A stretch of DNA of 64,000 nucleotides. Source: Candidatus Eiseniibacteriota bacterium (GTDB lineage: Bacteria > Arandabacterota > Arandabacteria > Arandabacterales > Arandabacteraceae). Each line of letters starts with the position of its first letter. The stretch's first letter is position 1. Position numbers and translations under genes: made by a program. Positions 28,836-38,668 of this stretch are shown piece by piece. The notes beneath the pieces were generated by a model. It was not told where the DNA came from. It searched no databases and worked only from the letters and a program-made list of their open reading frames with translations. The stretch spans positions 1 through 64,000 of the forward strand of contig JBDRNT010000089.1 in assembly GCA_043810925.1 (NCBI GenBank), read 5' to 3'.

Positions 28836-30094
28836 TGACCCTGCGTGCGGGCACTATCGTCTCTGTGCTGGGTCGACCCCTCCGACCGGCGCATTCTCAC
28901 CAGCAACCCGAGCGTGCCGACGATGAGCCAGGCCTGGACAGCAATCTCCGAATCCGTGAGGTTGCATTGAAAAAACCCCGAAACCACTATGACAACAATA
29001 CCTCCGCAGGCTGCGGCGGCAAGCGTTCGCGTCACGGAATCCCGCGCACCACCATACACTTCGAGGGCGGCCCTTAAGGCAGTTATGACTATCGCGACCA
29101 TGATCGCAAGACCGATCAGCCCGCTTGTAACGGCGTAGTTTACGAAATCGTTGTGGGGATGGCAGGTGGTGCTGTAGTCTCCGGGGACCTTGAAATCGTC
29201 AAACTCCGCCGTGAAGGTACCGGGGCCGATACCGAAAACCGGGCGGGCCCTTATCATGCGGAAGGATGTCTTAAGAAGCAGGACCCGCGTTGCATCACTT
29301 CTGGACGCCTGCTCACCACCCGTGGGGACCGTTGCCCTTTCGATTGCGGAGGGTTCGAGTATGACCGCGACCACCACAACGGCAAGAACCACGAGTACCA
29401 GATAGCCGACCCTGAAACGCTTAAGCGCGGCGATTGCAAGCAGTGAGAAAGTCGCGCCGAGCCATGCAGCCCTTGAAAAACTGTAGAGTACCGCCAGGGC
29501 CGGAAGACAGGTGAGTACGGTCCAGGTTATCTTCGAGCGCAGGTTGCCGGATATGAAGACGAGGAATGACAATGAGATTGAAAATACCCACGCATAAAAG
29601 ATGCCGAAGGTTATGTGGTGTCCGAGGAGTCCCAGGGCCTTGTATGTGTGTCTCCAGGCGTGGACGTGCTTGTGTTTTATGTAGTCGACGCCCGTGAAGT
29701 GCTGGATGATGCCGTAGATCGCAAGTACCGACGCAACGATTGCAAGCAGCCTGAATATCCGCCGGAGCTGGCCTGAGGATTCTATCCCGAAAGATATGAG
29801 GAAGTAGGTGAGAACAAGCCACTCGCTCCGGAACGCCTTAAGACTCGTCAGACGGTGCGGAGAGGTCAGGGCGGTTATGAAAACCCATACCAGAAGCGCC
29901 GCCACCAGGTAGTCAAGAAGGATCATGTTCCGGCCGCGACCGGGCGCCCTCCACCTGAGTACGAAGCCCACCCAGGCCAGGAGAACGCCGCCCTCTGTGA
30001 GGCTTATGCTGAAGGATCCCGAGACAGCAAAGATCGAGAGTCCCGATATGAAGAGAACTCTGCCCACCTGCTCGATTCTACTTCGTCCCTGCAC
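28832..30094 (-). CDS. O-antigen ligase family (WaaL/Wzy_C)
   Basis: Multi-pass membrane protein; SRAAW, PVFGIGPG, HPHND. Confidence 0.88.
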   Translation of the reverse strand: MQGRSRIEQVGRVLFISGLSIFAVSGSFSISLTEGGVLLAWVGFVLRWRAPGRGRNMILLDYLVAALLVWVFITALTSPHRLTSLKAFRSEWLVLTYFLISFGIESSGQLRRIFRLLAIVASVLAIYGIIQHFTGVDYIKHKHVHAWRHTYKALGLLGHHITFGIFYAWVFSISLSFLVFISGNLRSKITWTVLTCLPALAVLYSFSRAAWLGATFSLLAIAALKRFRVGYLVLVVLAVVVVAVILEPSAIERATVPTGGEQASRSDATRVLLLKTSFRMIRARPVFGIGPGTFTAEFDDFKVPGDYSTTCHPHNDFVNYAVTSGLIGLAIMVAIVITALRAALEVYGGARDSVTRTLAAAACGGIVVIVVSGFFQCNLTDSEIAVQAWLIVGTLGLLVRMRRSEGSTQHRDDSARTQGH

Positions 30095-30956
30095 GCAACC
30101 CGTCCTCGTCTAAAGGCACATAGTTCCTGTATTCACCAAACCGGTCGAAGACGGATGCAAGCCGTCTCAAGAGAGGCCGCTTCAGACGGCTTCTTAGGGC
30201 GGGGTCCCGGTAGCGGTCCCAGGTCGCCAGGTCGATCCTCCGGTCCATGACGGAAGGGTGTGTCGCCGTGAAAGGCGCGACCCCCATGACCGGTATCGGC
30301 ATCCCGCGTTTGTACCGTTCATCGATCCACGAATCGTCGTGCCAGAACCGGTCGAGGTTTTTCTGTTTCGAAAGCATGATCTCAGGGTCCCTGGCCCAGC
30401 CGTAATGATAGATTTCAGCCCCCGCTTTGACCACCCGGAGCTTACGCCCGTTCAGCCTGAAGCCCTGGGCGTCCTTCCACGAGGTGATCCCCCTGTGGTT
30501 TCTTATGATCCTTATTTCCTTCCTGTACCATCCGCGTTCATCCTTTGTGAGGAAGTAGCTCCCGTAAAAGTGGCTGAAGTCGAAGAGTAGTCCCTCGATT
30601 TCATTGAGATCGAGGCAGATCTCCATCCTTCTTTGCAGGGTGTCAAGGTACCGTTCATGGAGCACTTCATCTGCCTGGATGTAGAAGATCCAGTCTCCCC
30701 GGCACTCCTTAAGCGCGATGTCCGTCTGCCGGCTTAAGATACGCCCTCCCGTGCGAAGCGCATCGTCCCACGTGCTCTTGATGATCCTGATCTTCTCACT
30801 TGGAATCGACTGTATGATCTCAAGTGTGCGATCCTCCGAATCGCCTACGTTCACGATGAACTCATCACAGAGAGGCAGCACGGACGTGATCGATTCCTTC
30901 ACAGGATAGTCGAACCTTACTGCATCTCTAACGAATGTCGCTCCGCTCACCCTCAT
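30078..30956 (-). CDS. GT2-family glycosyltransferase
   Basis: MRVSGATFVRDA..FDYP, YIQADE, YHYGW. Confidence 0.85.
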   Translation of the reverse strand: MRVSGATFVRDAVRFDYPVKESITSVLPLCDEFIVNVGDSEDRTLEIIQSIPSEKIRIIKSTWDDALRTGGRILSRQTDIALKECRGDWIFYIQADEVLHERYLDTLQRRMEICLDLNEIEGLLFDFSHFYGSYFLTKDERGWYRKEIRIIRNHRGITSWKDAQGFRLNGRKLRVVKAGAEIYHYGWARDPEIMLSKQKNLDRFWHDDSWIDERYKRGMPIPVMGVAPFTATHPSVMDRRIDLATWDRYRDPALRSRLKRPLLRRLASVFDRFGEYRNYVPLDEDGLRAGTK

Positions 30957-31710
30957 CAGGCAAGATACCTTTCCCGTCGACGAGTCCCCAGAGCTTGACA
31001 TACTTGGTGAAGACATAGCAGGCAGAGAACACACAGAGGATGAATCCCTGAAGTCCGTCAAGCAACCCCAACTTGATGATATACATCTTGAGGAATTGAG
31101 AAGGCGGCCGCAGCAGGATGTCCGCAAGCCCTGCCTTCTTGCCCTTAAGATGGCTCTCCTTCGCGGCAAGGCTCGTGTACCTGTTGAATCTGTCGAAGTA
31201 TGCCTCGGCCGTACGATACGTGTAGTGCAGAATATGGTTATTCAGGGTCCCGACCCGCCCATCGACCCGTATACCTTCATGTACCATCTTCTCAGTCACG
31301 CGCGCCCTGTCTTTTCTGAAGAGCCTGATGACGTGGCCGGGATACCACCCGCAGTGTCTTATCCACCTGCCCAGGAAATACGCTTTCCTCGGGATCAGGT
31401 ATCCGTCGGCGTCCGGAGCGGCCAGATGTGCCTCGATCTCGGCCCTGAGCTCGGGCGTCACCCGCTCATCCGCGTCGAGGGAGAGTATCCATTCGGAACC
31501 CGCCGCGGCGATCGCGTGTCTCCTTGCAGCGGCGTATCCTTCCCAGGGTTTGCGCAGTACCCTGTCTGTGAAGCCCGCGGCGATCTCAAAGGTCCTGTCG
31601 GTGCTCATCGCATCAACCACTACTATTTCATCAGCCCAGGCTACACTCCTGAGGCACTCCTCGATGTTGGCCTCTTCGTTGTGAGTGATAACGATTGCTG
31701 ATATACGCAT
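30928..31710 (-). CDS. GT2 LPS beta-glucosyltransferase-like (KdtX/WaaE family)
   Basis: ITHNEE, LDADE, GWYP, VHE, YTSLAA. Confidence 0.88.
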   Translation of the reverse strand: MRISAIVITHNEEANIEECLRSVAWADEIVVVDAMSTDRTFEIAAGFTDRVLRKPWEGYAAARRHAIAAAGSEWILSLDADERVTPELRAEIEAHLAAPDADGYLIPRKAYFLGRWIRHCGWYPGHVIRLFRKDRARVTEKMVHEGIRVDGRVGTLNNHILHYTYRTAEAYFDRFNRYTSLAAKESHLKGKKAGLADILLRPPSQFLKMYIIKLGLLDGLQGFILCVFSACYVFTKYVKLWGLVDGKGILPDEGERSDIR

Positions 31711-31807
31711 ACTTGGGTCCTGTGCGATTTCGCTTGAACCACGATTCTAAGTGAGTATAGTTGCAAGGGCAAATGGTATTTCTCGGACCTTGGGAAGGAG
31801 GATTCCA

Positions 31808-32869
31808 GTGAAAAGAACGGTGTTGGTTTCTCTTGCGGCGGTTATCCTGTTGGGTGGTGCCTCATACGGGGCAGACGTCAATTTCAGCGGTCTCGTCCAG
31901 ACCCGTTACGTCGATGTCCGCGACGAGGACGCGACCTTCTTTGCGAAGGCCGCGAGACTCGGAGCCCGGGTCAACGTTACGGATAAGGTCTCGGTAGAGG
32001 CTATGTTCGAACTTGCCGGGGAGCCCAATATGCTGGAGGCTGTTGTCGACTATGCGCTTCCGTGGGGGGGACTCCACGCGATGGTCGGGCAGTTCAAACT
32101 CCCGTTCGGTTTTGAGACGCAGATCTCCAGGTTCGATCTCGAAGCGATGGACCGGTCGCTTGTGATCTCGCACCTCTGGTATAACGGTGTATCACATCCT
32201 TACCTGAGAGATGTCGGTGCCCAGATTGCCGGCAGGTACAAGATCTTCGAATACAAACTCGGTGCCGTAAATGGTGTGGGCTATAACTACACCCCTGATC
32301 CCGACGGGGATGGTATGCAGGCTTTCCCATCCTGGGGTCGCGACAACAACAACAGCAAGGACATCGTCGGGAGGATCGGGGCGGGCATTCCCATGTTCGC
32401 AGGTCTGGGTTTCTCGCTTTATGAAGGCAAGTGGCCCGTCGATTACTCTCCTCAGGTCTGCAATGAGAACCGTTCGGCAAAGGCACTCGACATCTTTCTT
32501 GATACGGGCAAGATGCTCTTCCAGTACGAGCACGTATGGGCCCAGGGGCGGCTGTCTGATGCGGGCATCGCAGCCCCCGGCGGCCTCGGGGCCGGCTCTG
32601 CCTTGCCGAGTGAGTGGCAGGGCAGCAAGTATGGTGGCTACTACATCGTACTGGGTTACAGGGTCAATGCCCTGATTGAGCCCGTCTTCAAGGTGGACAT
32701 GTGTGACCCCGACAAGGACACTGATACCGACAGGTTGAAGGATACGTATCTTGGTGTGAACCTCAACTTCGAGCGGAAGGCCAGGTTCCAGGTCTTCTAC
32801 CGGGAGAGCAAGGTAGCCGGGCGGTTCGACGACAGCGCCTTTCTTGCACAGGCCTCGGCGAGGTTCTAG
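31808..32869 (+). CDS. Outer-membrane porin (OprO/P-like)
   Basis: RBS AGGAGG; signal peptide; GQFKLPFG; terminal Phe. Confidence 0.8.
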   Translation: MKRTVLVSLAAVILLGGASYGADVNFSGLVQTRYVDVRDEDATFFAKAARLGARVNVTDKVSVEAMFELAGEPNMLEAVVDYALPWGGLHAMVGQFKLPFGFETQISRFDLEAMDRSLVISHLWYNGVSHPYLRDVGAQIAGRYKIFEYKLGAVNGVGYNYTPDPDGDGMQAFPSWGRDNNNSKDIVGRIGAGIPMFAGLGFSLYEGKWPVDYSPQVCNENRSAKALDIFLDTGKMLFQYEHVWAQGRLSDAGIAAPGGLGAGSALPSEWQGSKYGGYYIVLGYRVNALIEPVFKVDMCDPDKDTDTDRLKDTYLGVNLNFERKARFQVFYRESKVAGRFDDSAFLAQASARF

Positions 32870-32906
32870 CCGGGTTCAGAATGCCGGGCGTCCGTTTCCA
32901 AAACGC

Positions 32907-32934
32907 TCAAGTCGCCACAGGGAGGTGCCGAAAT
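32907..32934 (+). promoter_or_regulatory. Sigma-28-like promoter
   Basis: TCAAG-N15-GCCGAAAT; overlaps an RBS-like GGAGGT, so ambiguous. Confidence 0.5.
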
Positions 32935-32941
32935 GATCGCC

Positions 32942-33334
32942 ATGCTAAGACAGCCCTGGATTAAGTCACACCGCAACAAGGGCTTCACCCTCATAGAGTT
33001 GTTGGTTGTCCTGATCATAATCGCAATACTGGTGGCGATCACCATAGCCAACTACATAAAGATGAAGCGGCATGCTGAGATGGCTTCATGCATAGCAAAT
33101 CAGAGAAACATCCTTGAAGCGGCCGTGACCTACTCGATAGAGACCGCGGTACCTGACGGCGACATGAACGTCAGCACGCTTCTGGCCGCAGGGATTGTGG
33201 GCCGTTCGTTGTGTGATTGCCCGGCGGAGGCACTCAAGGATGCGGACGATTACGTGATAACTTGGCTCGACGGTCATCCCCGGGATGTGAAGTGCGAGGT
33301 AAAGGGCCCGGATCATGACTGGGAGCCCAACTGA
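32942..33334 (+). CDS. Type IV pilin-like protein 1
   Basis: KG|FTLIELL; four Cys. Start 32942 or 32933. Confidence 0.88.
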   Translation: MLRQPWIKSHRNKGFTLIELLVVLIIIAILVAITIANYIKMKRHAEMASCIANQRNILEAAVTYSIETAVPDGDMNVSTLLAAGIVGRSLCDCPAEALKDADDYVITWLDGHPRDVKCEVKGPDHDWEPN

Positions 33335-33407
33335 CCCCGTACCTGCGTCGCCGCGGTACAACTCAGCCATCGTCGATCCGACACCTGAACCCTGCAGGTT
33401 CATATGC

Positions 33408-33435
33408 TCAAGCATAACGCATCCCGTGCCGAAAC
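33408..33435 (+). promoter_or_regulatory. Sigma-28-like promoter
   Basis: TCAAG-N15-GCCGAAAC. Confidence 0.55.
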
Positions 33436-33442
33436 TAGACGT

Positions 33443-33832
33443 GTGGAACGACAACGACGAATAGGTGAATCCGGCCAGATGGGCTTCACACTGATCGAGC
33501 TCATGGTGGTGGTCGTCATAATCGGTATCCTGGCGGCCATCGGAGGCGCGAATTTCATCAGGATGCAGAGCAACGCCAAGAAGGCTGCCTGCACTGCGCA
33601 TCAGCGGGGAGTGTTCGAAGCTGCCTATGCCTACCAGATCGATCGCGTGGTAGCCGACGGTGCCATGAATGTCGATGTGCTCTTCGGGGGCGGGTTCGTC
33701 TCGGAGAACATATGCGAATGCCCGGCGAGTCCGGTCGCCGATCACGATGACTACGTCATAACCTGGCAGGACAACCTTCCTATAGACATCACCTGCACGG
33801 TCAAAGGCGGCGACCACGAATACCAGCCGTAG
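33443..33832 (+). CDS. Type IV pilin-like protein 2
   Basis: MG|FTLIELM; paralogue of pilin 1 (CxCP..DDYVITW..C.VKG.DH); GTG 33443 gives the same 14-aa leader length. Confidence 0.85.
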   Translation: MERQRRIGESGQMGFTLIELMVVVVIIGILAAIGGANFIRMQSNAKKAACTAHQRGVFEAAYAYQIDRVVADGAMNVDVLFGGGFVSENICECPASPVADHDDYVITWQDNLPIDITCTVKGGDHEYQP

Positions 33833-33847
33833 ACCGGGCTCAGCCCA

Positions 33848-36800
33848 TCACTTCCGCAGCTTTTGTCTGGCTTCCTCGATGTTGTCTATTATGTTGCGGT
33901 TACCCGGATCGCGCCCGAGAGCCTTTGTCCAGATACGAATTGCCTCCCTGTAGAACCCCTTCTCTGCAAGCACGGTCGCATAGTTGTTGAGGGCACCGAG
34001 ATGGTCAGGGTCGAGAGCAAGGATGCGCTTGTAGAGTCTTTCAGCTCCGGCAAGATCATCCTCCATGAACCGCAAATAAGCGAGGGCATCCATGGCCTCG
34101 ATATTCTCCGGATCGGTGTCCAGCACAGTCCCGAGCACAGCTGCTCCTTCATCCAGCATGTTTCGCTCAATCAGACTCAAGGCCCTCAGGTGAAGTGCGG
34201 ATGTATTGAAAGGCTCGATTGAAAGCACTTCACCCACGGTTCTACCGGCCCCTTCCGCGTCTCCGGAGGCAAGTTCTCCTTCGGCCTTAAGCAGGTATGC
34301 AGGCACATAACCCGGGTTGAGCTCGGTAGCTCTGCGGAGAAGAGCAATTGCCAGGGGACCGTTCCTGCTCATCTCGATGGTCGCGAGGTTGTAGAATGCT
34401 CTGTGACTGAGCGGATGCGCCTCGACTGATTTCCTTGCCGCATTCACGGCTTCTTCCTGCCTCCCGCCGGCGGCAAGACCTCGTGAAAGCATGATGTAAT
34501 AATCAGACAGTCTCAGCATGAAGATACCGTTTTCAGGTGAGAGCTCCGTAGCCTGTTCAAGAGCGGCAATGGCGTCGGACAGTCTTCCGGTCCACGCGAA
34601 CACCAGCGAGTTTACGTAGAGCGTCCTTGCCCGCATGAACCTGTCAAGCCTCTTACCGAGCAATGTTGACTGTCCCGACGACTCATCGATGCCCGCAACA
34701 ACCGTGATGGGATTCTGCTTGGCCAGATCGACGGACTTGAGTATCTCGGTTGGATCATGCCCGACCGACGCCATGGGTACGCGGTGGTCGATGAACGCAT
34801 TGTCATCGGTGTTAATCGGTACATCTCCCGCGAGCTCCACAAGAGCTGCTCTGTCCGCGGTGTAGCAGCCGAGAATGCCGACGTGATCCGTTATTCTTAT
34901 CCTCGCCAGGTCTTCAGCGATTCGGGGCCGGGACATCCTGTGGTCGAGGGATTCGAGGTCGAGATTCAGGGGTTCCATGCTTCCTATGAGAAGCATTTCA
35001 CCTCCACCGGCCCACCACAGGCTGACATTGGGGAAGTTGAGGGCAAACGCTCTGACTGCCGCCCCGAAGGCGTCCGCAGGAAGCTGTGTCGCGCTGAGAC
35101 GCTGGCACACGATCCCCTTCTCCGCCAGGCTTGTGCGTACACGTGCGACGTAATCGGCCGAGAGAAACCTTCCCGGCCTGCCGGAGCGGGCAGACGGTGA
35201 CTGGAGAATAACGACATCGAATGATCGGTCCGACAACAGGTAGTTCATGGGATCAGCCGTGAGAAGCCTGAGTCTGTCGTCTCTGAGTGCATCTCGATTG
35301 TAGTGTGAAAACGCACCGGCCGCCCTCCTCATGGAGGCCACCGGTTCCACGCACACAATCTCGGCAACGTCGTGAGTCTCGATCGAGCCCAATGTCACAC
35401 CCGCACCCAGACCGACGAGCAGTACCCGCCCGGGTGCGTCATGGATCAGCATGGGGATCTGTGCTGTAAGGATCTGGGACACTACATCTTCACCGGTGGA
35501 AGCAGCTATGTGCCCGTTGGTCCTAAGCGCCATACCGTCAGGGCTTCGATCCACCGACGTTATATTGTCACCTTTCTCGTTGTAGAAGATGATATCGCCT
35601 CCACGGAGTGCTCCCCGGATGTCTTCCATCGCCGTAAGTTCGCGGAGACGGTTGAAAACCCCACTCGTGACCACCTCGCGTCTCCAGTGCGGGAGACTCA
35701 GACTTGCGGCTACGCCTGCAACGATCACGACAAGTGATACCACAAGTTTGAACCATGCCGGTCGTCTGCTGACCGTCATGAAAGCCAGAGCAGAGGCCAG
35801 GCAGAGCCACGAAGCGAAGGTCAGTGCAACTCTGAAGCTCAGGTCACCGGCCGGCAGGGCCCTTGTAAGTGCAAATGCGAGGAGTCCGCCGAGGGCGGCC
35901 GGGCATATCGCGGTCCGGCCCGAACCCCGGCCTTCGAGAAGCGGCAAAGACAATCCGGTCAGGATACCCGGCACAGCCATCACCATGAGAGCTACCCGGA
36001 ACTGTCCGGTGAGGAGCCTGCCCCATGTAAGCGGTCCCGATCCTAACGCGTCGAGGAAGAGGGAGGGGGTATGGTTTAGAACATGACTTATGACCAGCCA
36101 GTAGATGCCGCCTGCAGCTGCAAGCCACATCAGCGAGACCGGGGTTCTGCCCGATCTGCGGGCAACAAACGATGAGACGATACTACCTATTGTGACGCCG
36201 GCGAGATAGACCGAGGGGACCGCCGCGCCCGCGTATATGGACTGGCCTATGATCTGCGCTAGTAGTCTTGCCCAGAGAATCACACACACGAGGGTGGCGG
36301 TGATGAAGATTGTGGAAGCAACTCCGGCCACCCGGACATCGGTCTTAGCCGCGTCCTGGTCGGCTCTCCCGGCAGTTTGAGGTGTCTCACTCTGCGCGGG
36401 ACCCCTGAGAACAAGCCCGATCAGACCGGTCAACGCAATCATGGCTGCACCAACGAGGAGTGTCCGCCAGTACCCAAGCAAAGGTACCAGTATGAATGTT
36501 GAGAACAGCACCCCGGCGGTGGCGCCCAGGAACAGAGGCGCGGTAAGATTGCCTACCCGTGTATGCTCTGCATAGAATGCCACGATCCCACCGAGAAGGA
36601 AGCACGGGACAAAGAACACGCCGAAGGTGAGTAACCCTGCCATGACTGTCGCACCTGCTGTTGAGCCCGCACCGCCCACAGCACCGGCTACCGCACCGAC
36701 GGCCGGTAGAATCTGAACAGCGACCAGACCGGAGATACCCGCACCTATCTGCATATACGCCAGAAATCTGAGTGGTGAAGGTACGGCCAAGGCCCTCGGG

Positions 36801-36991
36801 CCGAAGTAGATGTTGCCGATGAGGAGGCAGAGGAGCAATGAGCTGACGACCCAGCCGTCCGTGATCAGCCGGTTCCCGGAGAATCCGGGTACCATCTGTG
36901 ACCATGCCGATACAAACACCACACTTACGAATCCGGCAATCACGCCGACCGCAATGACGTAGCCTGCACGCGATGACGTCTGAGTCTTCAA
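33848..36991 (-). CDS. Fused membrane domain / spermidine-synthase-like methyltransferase fold / TPR protein
   Basis: Many TM helices, VLLVGLGAGVT Rossmann motif, C-terminal TPRs. Confidence 0.82.
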   Translation of the reverse strand: MKTQTSSRAGYVIAVGVIAGFVSVVFVSAWSQMVPGFSGNRLITDGWVVSSLLLCLLIGNIYFGPRALAVPSPLRFLAYMQIGAGISGLVAVQILPAVGAVAGAVGGAGSTAGATVMAGLLTFGVFFVPCFLLGGIVAFYAEHTRVGNLTAPLFLGATAGVLFSTFILVPLLGYWRTLLVGAAMIALTGLIGLVLRGPAQSETPQTAGRADQDAAKTDVRVAGVASTIFITATLVCVILWARLLAQIIGQSIYAGAAVPSVYLAGVTIGSIVSSFVARRSGRTPVSLMWLAAAGGIYWLVISHVLNHTPSLFLDALGSGPLTWGRLLTGQFRVALMVMAVPGILTGLSLPLLEGRGSGRTAICPAALGGLLAFALTRALPAGDLSFRVALTFASWLCLASALAFMTVSRRPAWFKLVVSLVVIVAGVAASLSLPHWRREVVTSGVFNRLRELTAMEDIRGALRGGDIIFYNEKGDNITSVDRSPDGMALRTNGHIAASTGEDVVSQILTAQIPMLIHDAPGRVLLVGLGAGVTLGSIETHDVAEIVCVEPVASMRRAAGAFSHYNRDALRDDRLRLLTADPMNYLLSDRSFDVVILQSPSARSGRPGRFLSADYVARVRTSLAEKGIVCQRLSATQLPADAFGAAVRAFALNFPNVSLWWAGGGEMLLIGSMEPLNLDLESLDHRMSRPRIAEDLARIRITDHVGILGCYTADRAALVELAGDVPINTDDNAFIDHRVPMASVGHDPTEILKSVDLAKQNPITVVAGIDESSGQSTLLGKRLDRFMRARTLYVNSLVFAWTGRLSDAIAALEQATELSPENGIFMLRLSDYYIMLSRGLAAGGRQEEAVNAARKSVEAHPLSHRAFYNLATIEMSRNGPLAIALLRRATELNPGYVPAYLLKAEGELASGDAEGAGRTVGEVLSIEPFNTSALHLRALSLIERNMLDEGAAVLGTVLDTDPENIEAMDALAYLRFMEDDLAGAERLYKRILALDPDHLGALNNYATVLAEKGFYREAIRIWTKALGRDPGNRNIIDNIEEARQKLRK

Positions 36992-37026
36992 TGCAGATTT
37001 CCCCCGATCAGATAGTAGTCATGGGG

Positions 37027-37056
37027 ATTATACAGACGGTACGACAGTCGTGTCAA
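37027..37056 (-). promoter_or_regulatory. Sigma-70 promoter
   Basis: TTGACA-N18-TATAAT on the minus strand. Confidence 0.7.
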
Positions 37057-37118
37057 TCCGACGATCGGGCAGATATGGAAAAGGGGCCCTGGTGGGCCCC
37101 TCAAAGCCGCTGATACCA

Positions 37119-38483
37119 TCATGCGGCATTTGCCACACGCCTTGTCTTGGCCGCGTCCTCTTTGGCCAGCTCTTCTCTCATTCTCCTTGCATAGTCGTCC
37201 ACCTTGGGAGCCAGGGTGGTCACCAGTGATTCTGCACCCGGATGAGTTGGACGGGCCCCGGACTTCTCGACCACTTCTCTCAGGATCTCCGGGTTGTCGA
37301 TCAACATGCACGGCATCCTGTGATCATGGTTAAAGGGTTGCTTGGCCCGGATACTCCGGAAGAACGGCGAGTTGATCACTTCCTTAAGACTCTTGCCCTT
37401 TATGTTGTCCACCGCGAAATGCGCAAACACACATGGTTCGACATCGCCATGACAGTTGATGTGCAGGTACTTCTTGGCGCCTGCAATGCAGCCGTCAACA
37501 TAATCCCCGTCATTCCAGAAATCGGCTACGAAGATCGGCCTGGTCTTTCTGAAGTAACGTACCCGCTGTCCTACCCACCGTCTCTGTTCCGGTGTCGGCA
37601 TGAGGTCGACGTCCGGGTTCTTCCCGATGGGCATGTAGATAAACACCCAGCCCAGGAAGCACCCTCTCGCGACCCATTCATCGATGAACTCATCGGTCGT
37701 TACGAAGTCGGCGTTCTCGCGTGTTACAGTAAGCGAGAAACCGAAGACACCCTTTCGCCTGTTGAGGTTTTCCATGGCCTCGGTTATCTTCTTGAAGGTG
37801 CCTTTGCCTCTGCGCTTGTCGGTCTCCTCCTCGAAGCCCTCGACGCTGATACACGGCCAGACGTTTCCCAGCTCGACCAACCGTCCGCATGTAGCGTCGT
37901 CAAGAAGGGTCCCATTGGTGTAGACCTGAAAAACACAGTCATTGTGCTTCTCGAAGATGTCCATCAGACCGTCCCAGACGAACGGCTCGCCTCCCGAGAC
38001 GATGTAAAGGAAGATGCCGAGTTCCTTGCCCTCCGTGACGATTCTATCGAATTCTTCGAAAGGAAGATCCTCCTCTTTTGTATAATTGCCAGCATAGCAG
38101 CCGTAGCACTTAAGATTGCATCTCATTGTAGGACTTATGACAAGTAATGATGGGGGATAGAATCCTTCCGTCTCATTCATTCGATGTCTTCGGTTGGGAG
38201 CGATCAGCCCTTCCTTGACGATGAGATTCCGAAGAAGCTTGTTCCGGACACTCGGATTGATGTCCCGCAGGAATCTCATGGCCAGCTTGGCTCCGGGGTG
38301 ACCGTCCTGGAACTTCTCACGTGCGCTCTTTATGACGCCTGACCAGTAATCGTTGGTTGTTATCTTCTCAACAACCGATACGACCTTGAGCAGTGCATCA
38401 TCGGAACCCCGGGCGGCGATGGCGACCATCTTCTCAAACGCCTTCTGGATGGTCTTCTCCTCGATCTGCTCCAGAATGCTCAT
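37119..38483 (-). CDS. Radical SAM protein with SPASM/twitch domain
   Basis: CNLKCYGC, GGEPF, GCIAG...GDVEPC; RBS GGAGGTG. Confidence 0.92.
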   Translation of the reverse strand: MSILEQIEEKTIQKAFEKMVAIAARGSDDALLKVVSVVEKITTNDYWSGVIKSAREKFQDGHPGAKLAMRFLRDINPSVRNKLLRNLIVKEGLIAPNRRHRMNETEGFYPPSLLVISPTMRCNLKCYGCYAGNYTKEEDLPFEEFDRIVTEGKELGIFLYIVSGGEPFVWDGLMDIFEKHNDCVFQVYTNGTLLDDATCGRLVELGNVWPCISVEGFEEETDKRRGKGTFKKITEAMENLNRRKGVFGFSLTVTRENADFVTTDEFIDEWVARGCFLGWVFIYMPIGKNPDVDLMPTPEQRRWVGQRVRYFRKTRPIFVADFWNDGDYVDGCIAGAKKYLHINCHGDVEPCVFAHFAVDNIKGKSLKEVINSPFFRSIRAKQPFNHDHRMPCMLIDNPEILREVVEKSGARPTHPGAESLVTTLAPKVDDYARRMREELAKEDAAKTRRVANAA

Positions 38484-38610
38484 TTTCTCACCTCCCTTCG
38501 TACCTGAATTGCACACTCCTAGATGCTGCGCCAATGATACAAAACCCCTGCTACAAGTCAATGATAAAGTTGGTTATGGCGAACCCCGGGCCAAACGGTG
38601 TTCAGGTGGC

Positions 38611-38639
38611 TTGACAAACCGGTGGTTGCGCCATACCAT
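38611..38639 (+). promoter_or_regulatory. Sigma-70 promoter
   Basis: TTGACA-N17-TACCAT. Confidence 0.6.
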
Positions 38640-38668
38640 TGCCTCCTGAGCGACAGGAGGGATATGCC

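Noticed and set aside
37242-38147. 301-aa plus-strand ORF
   Set aside because: Antisense shadow of the radical SAM gene, as expected in GC-rich coding DNA
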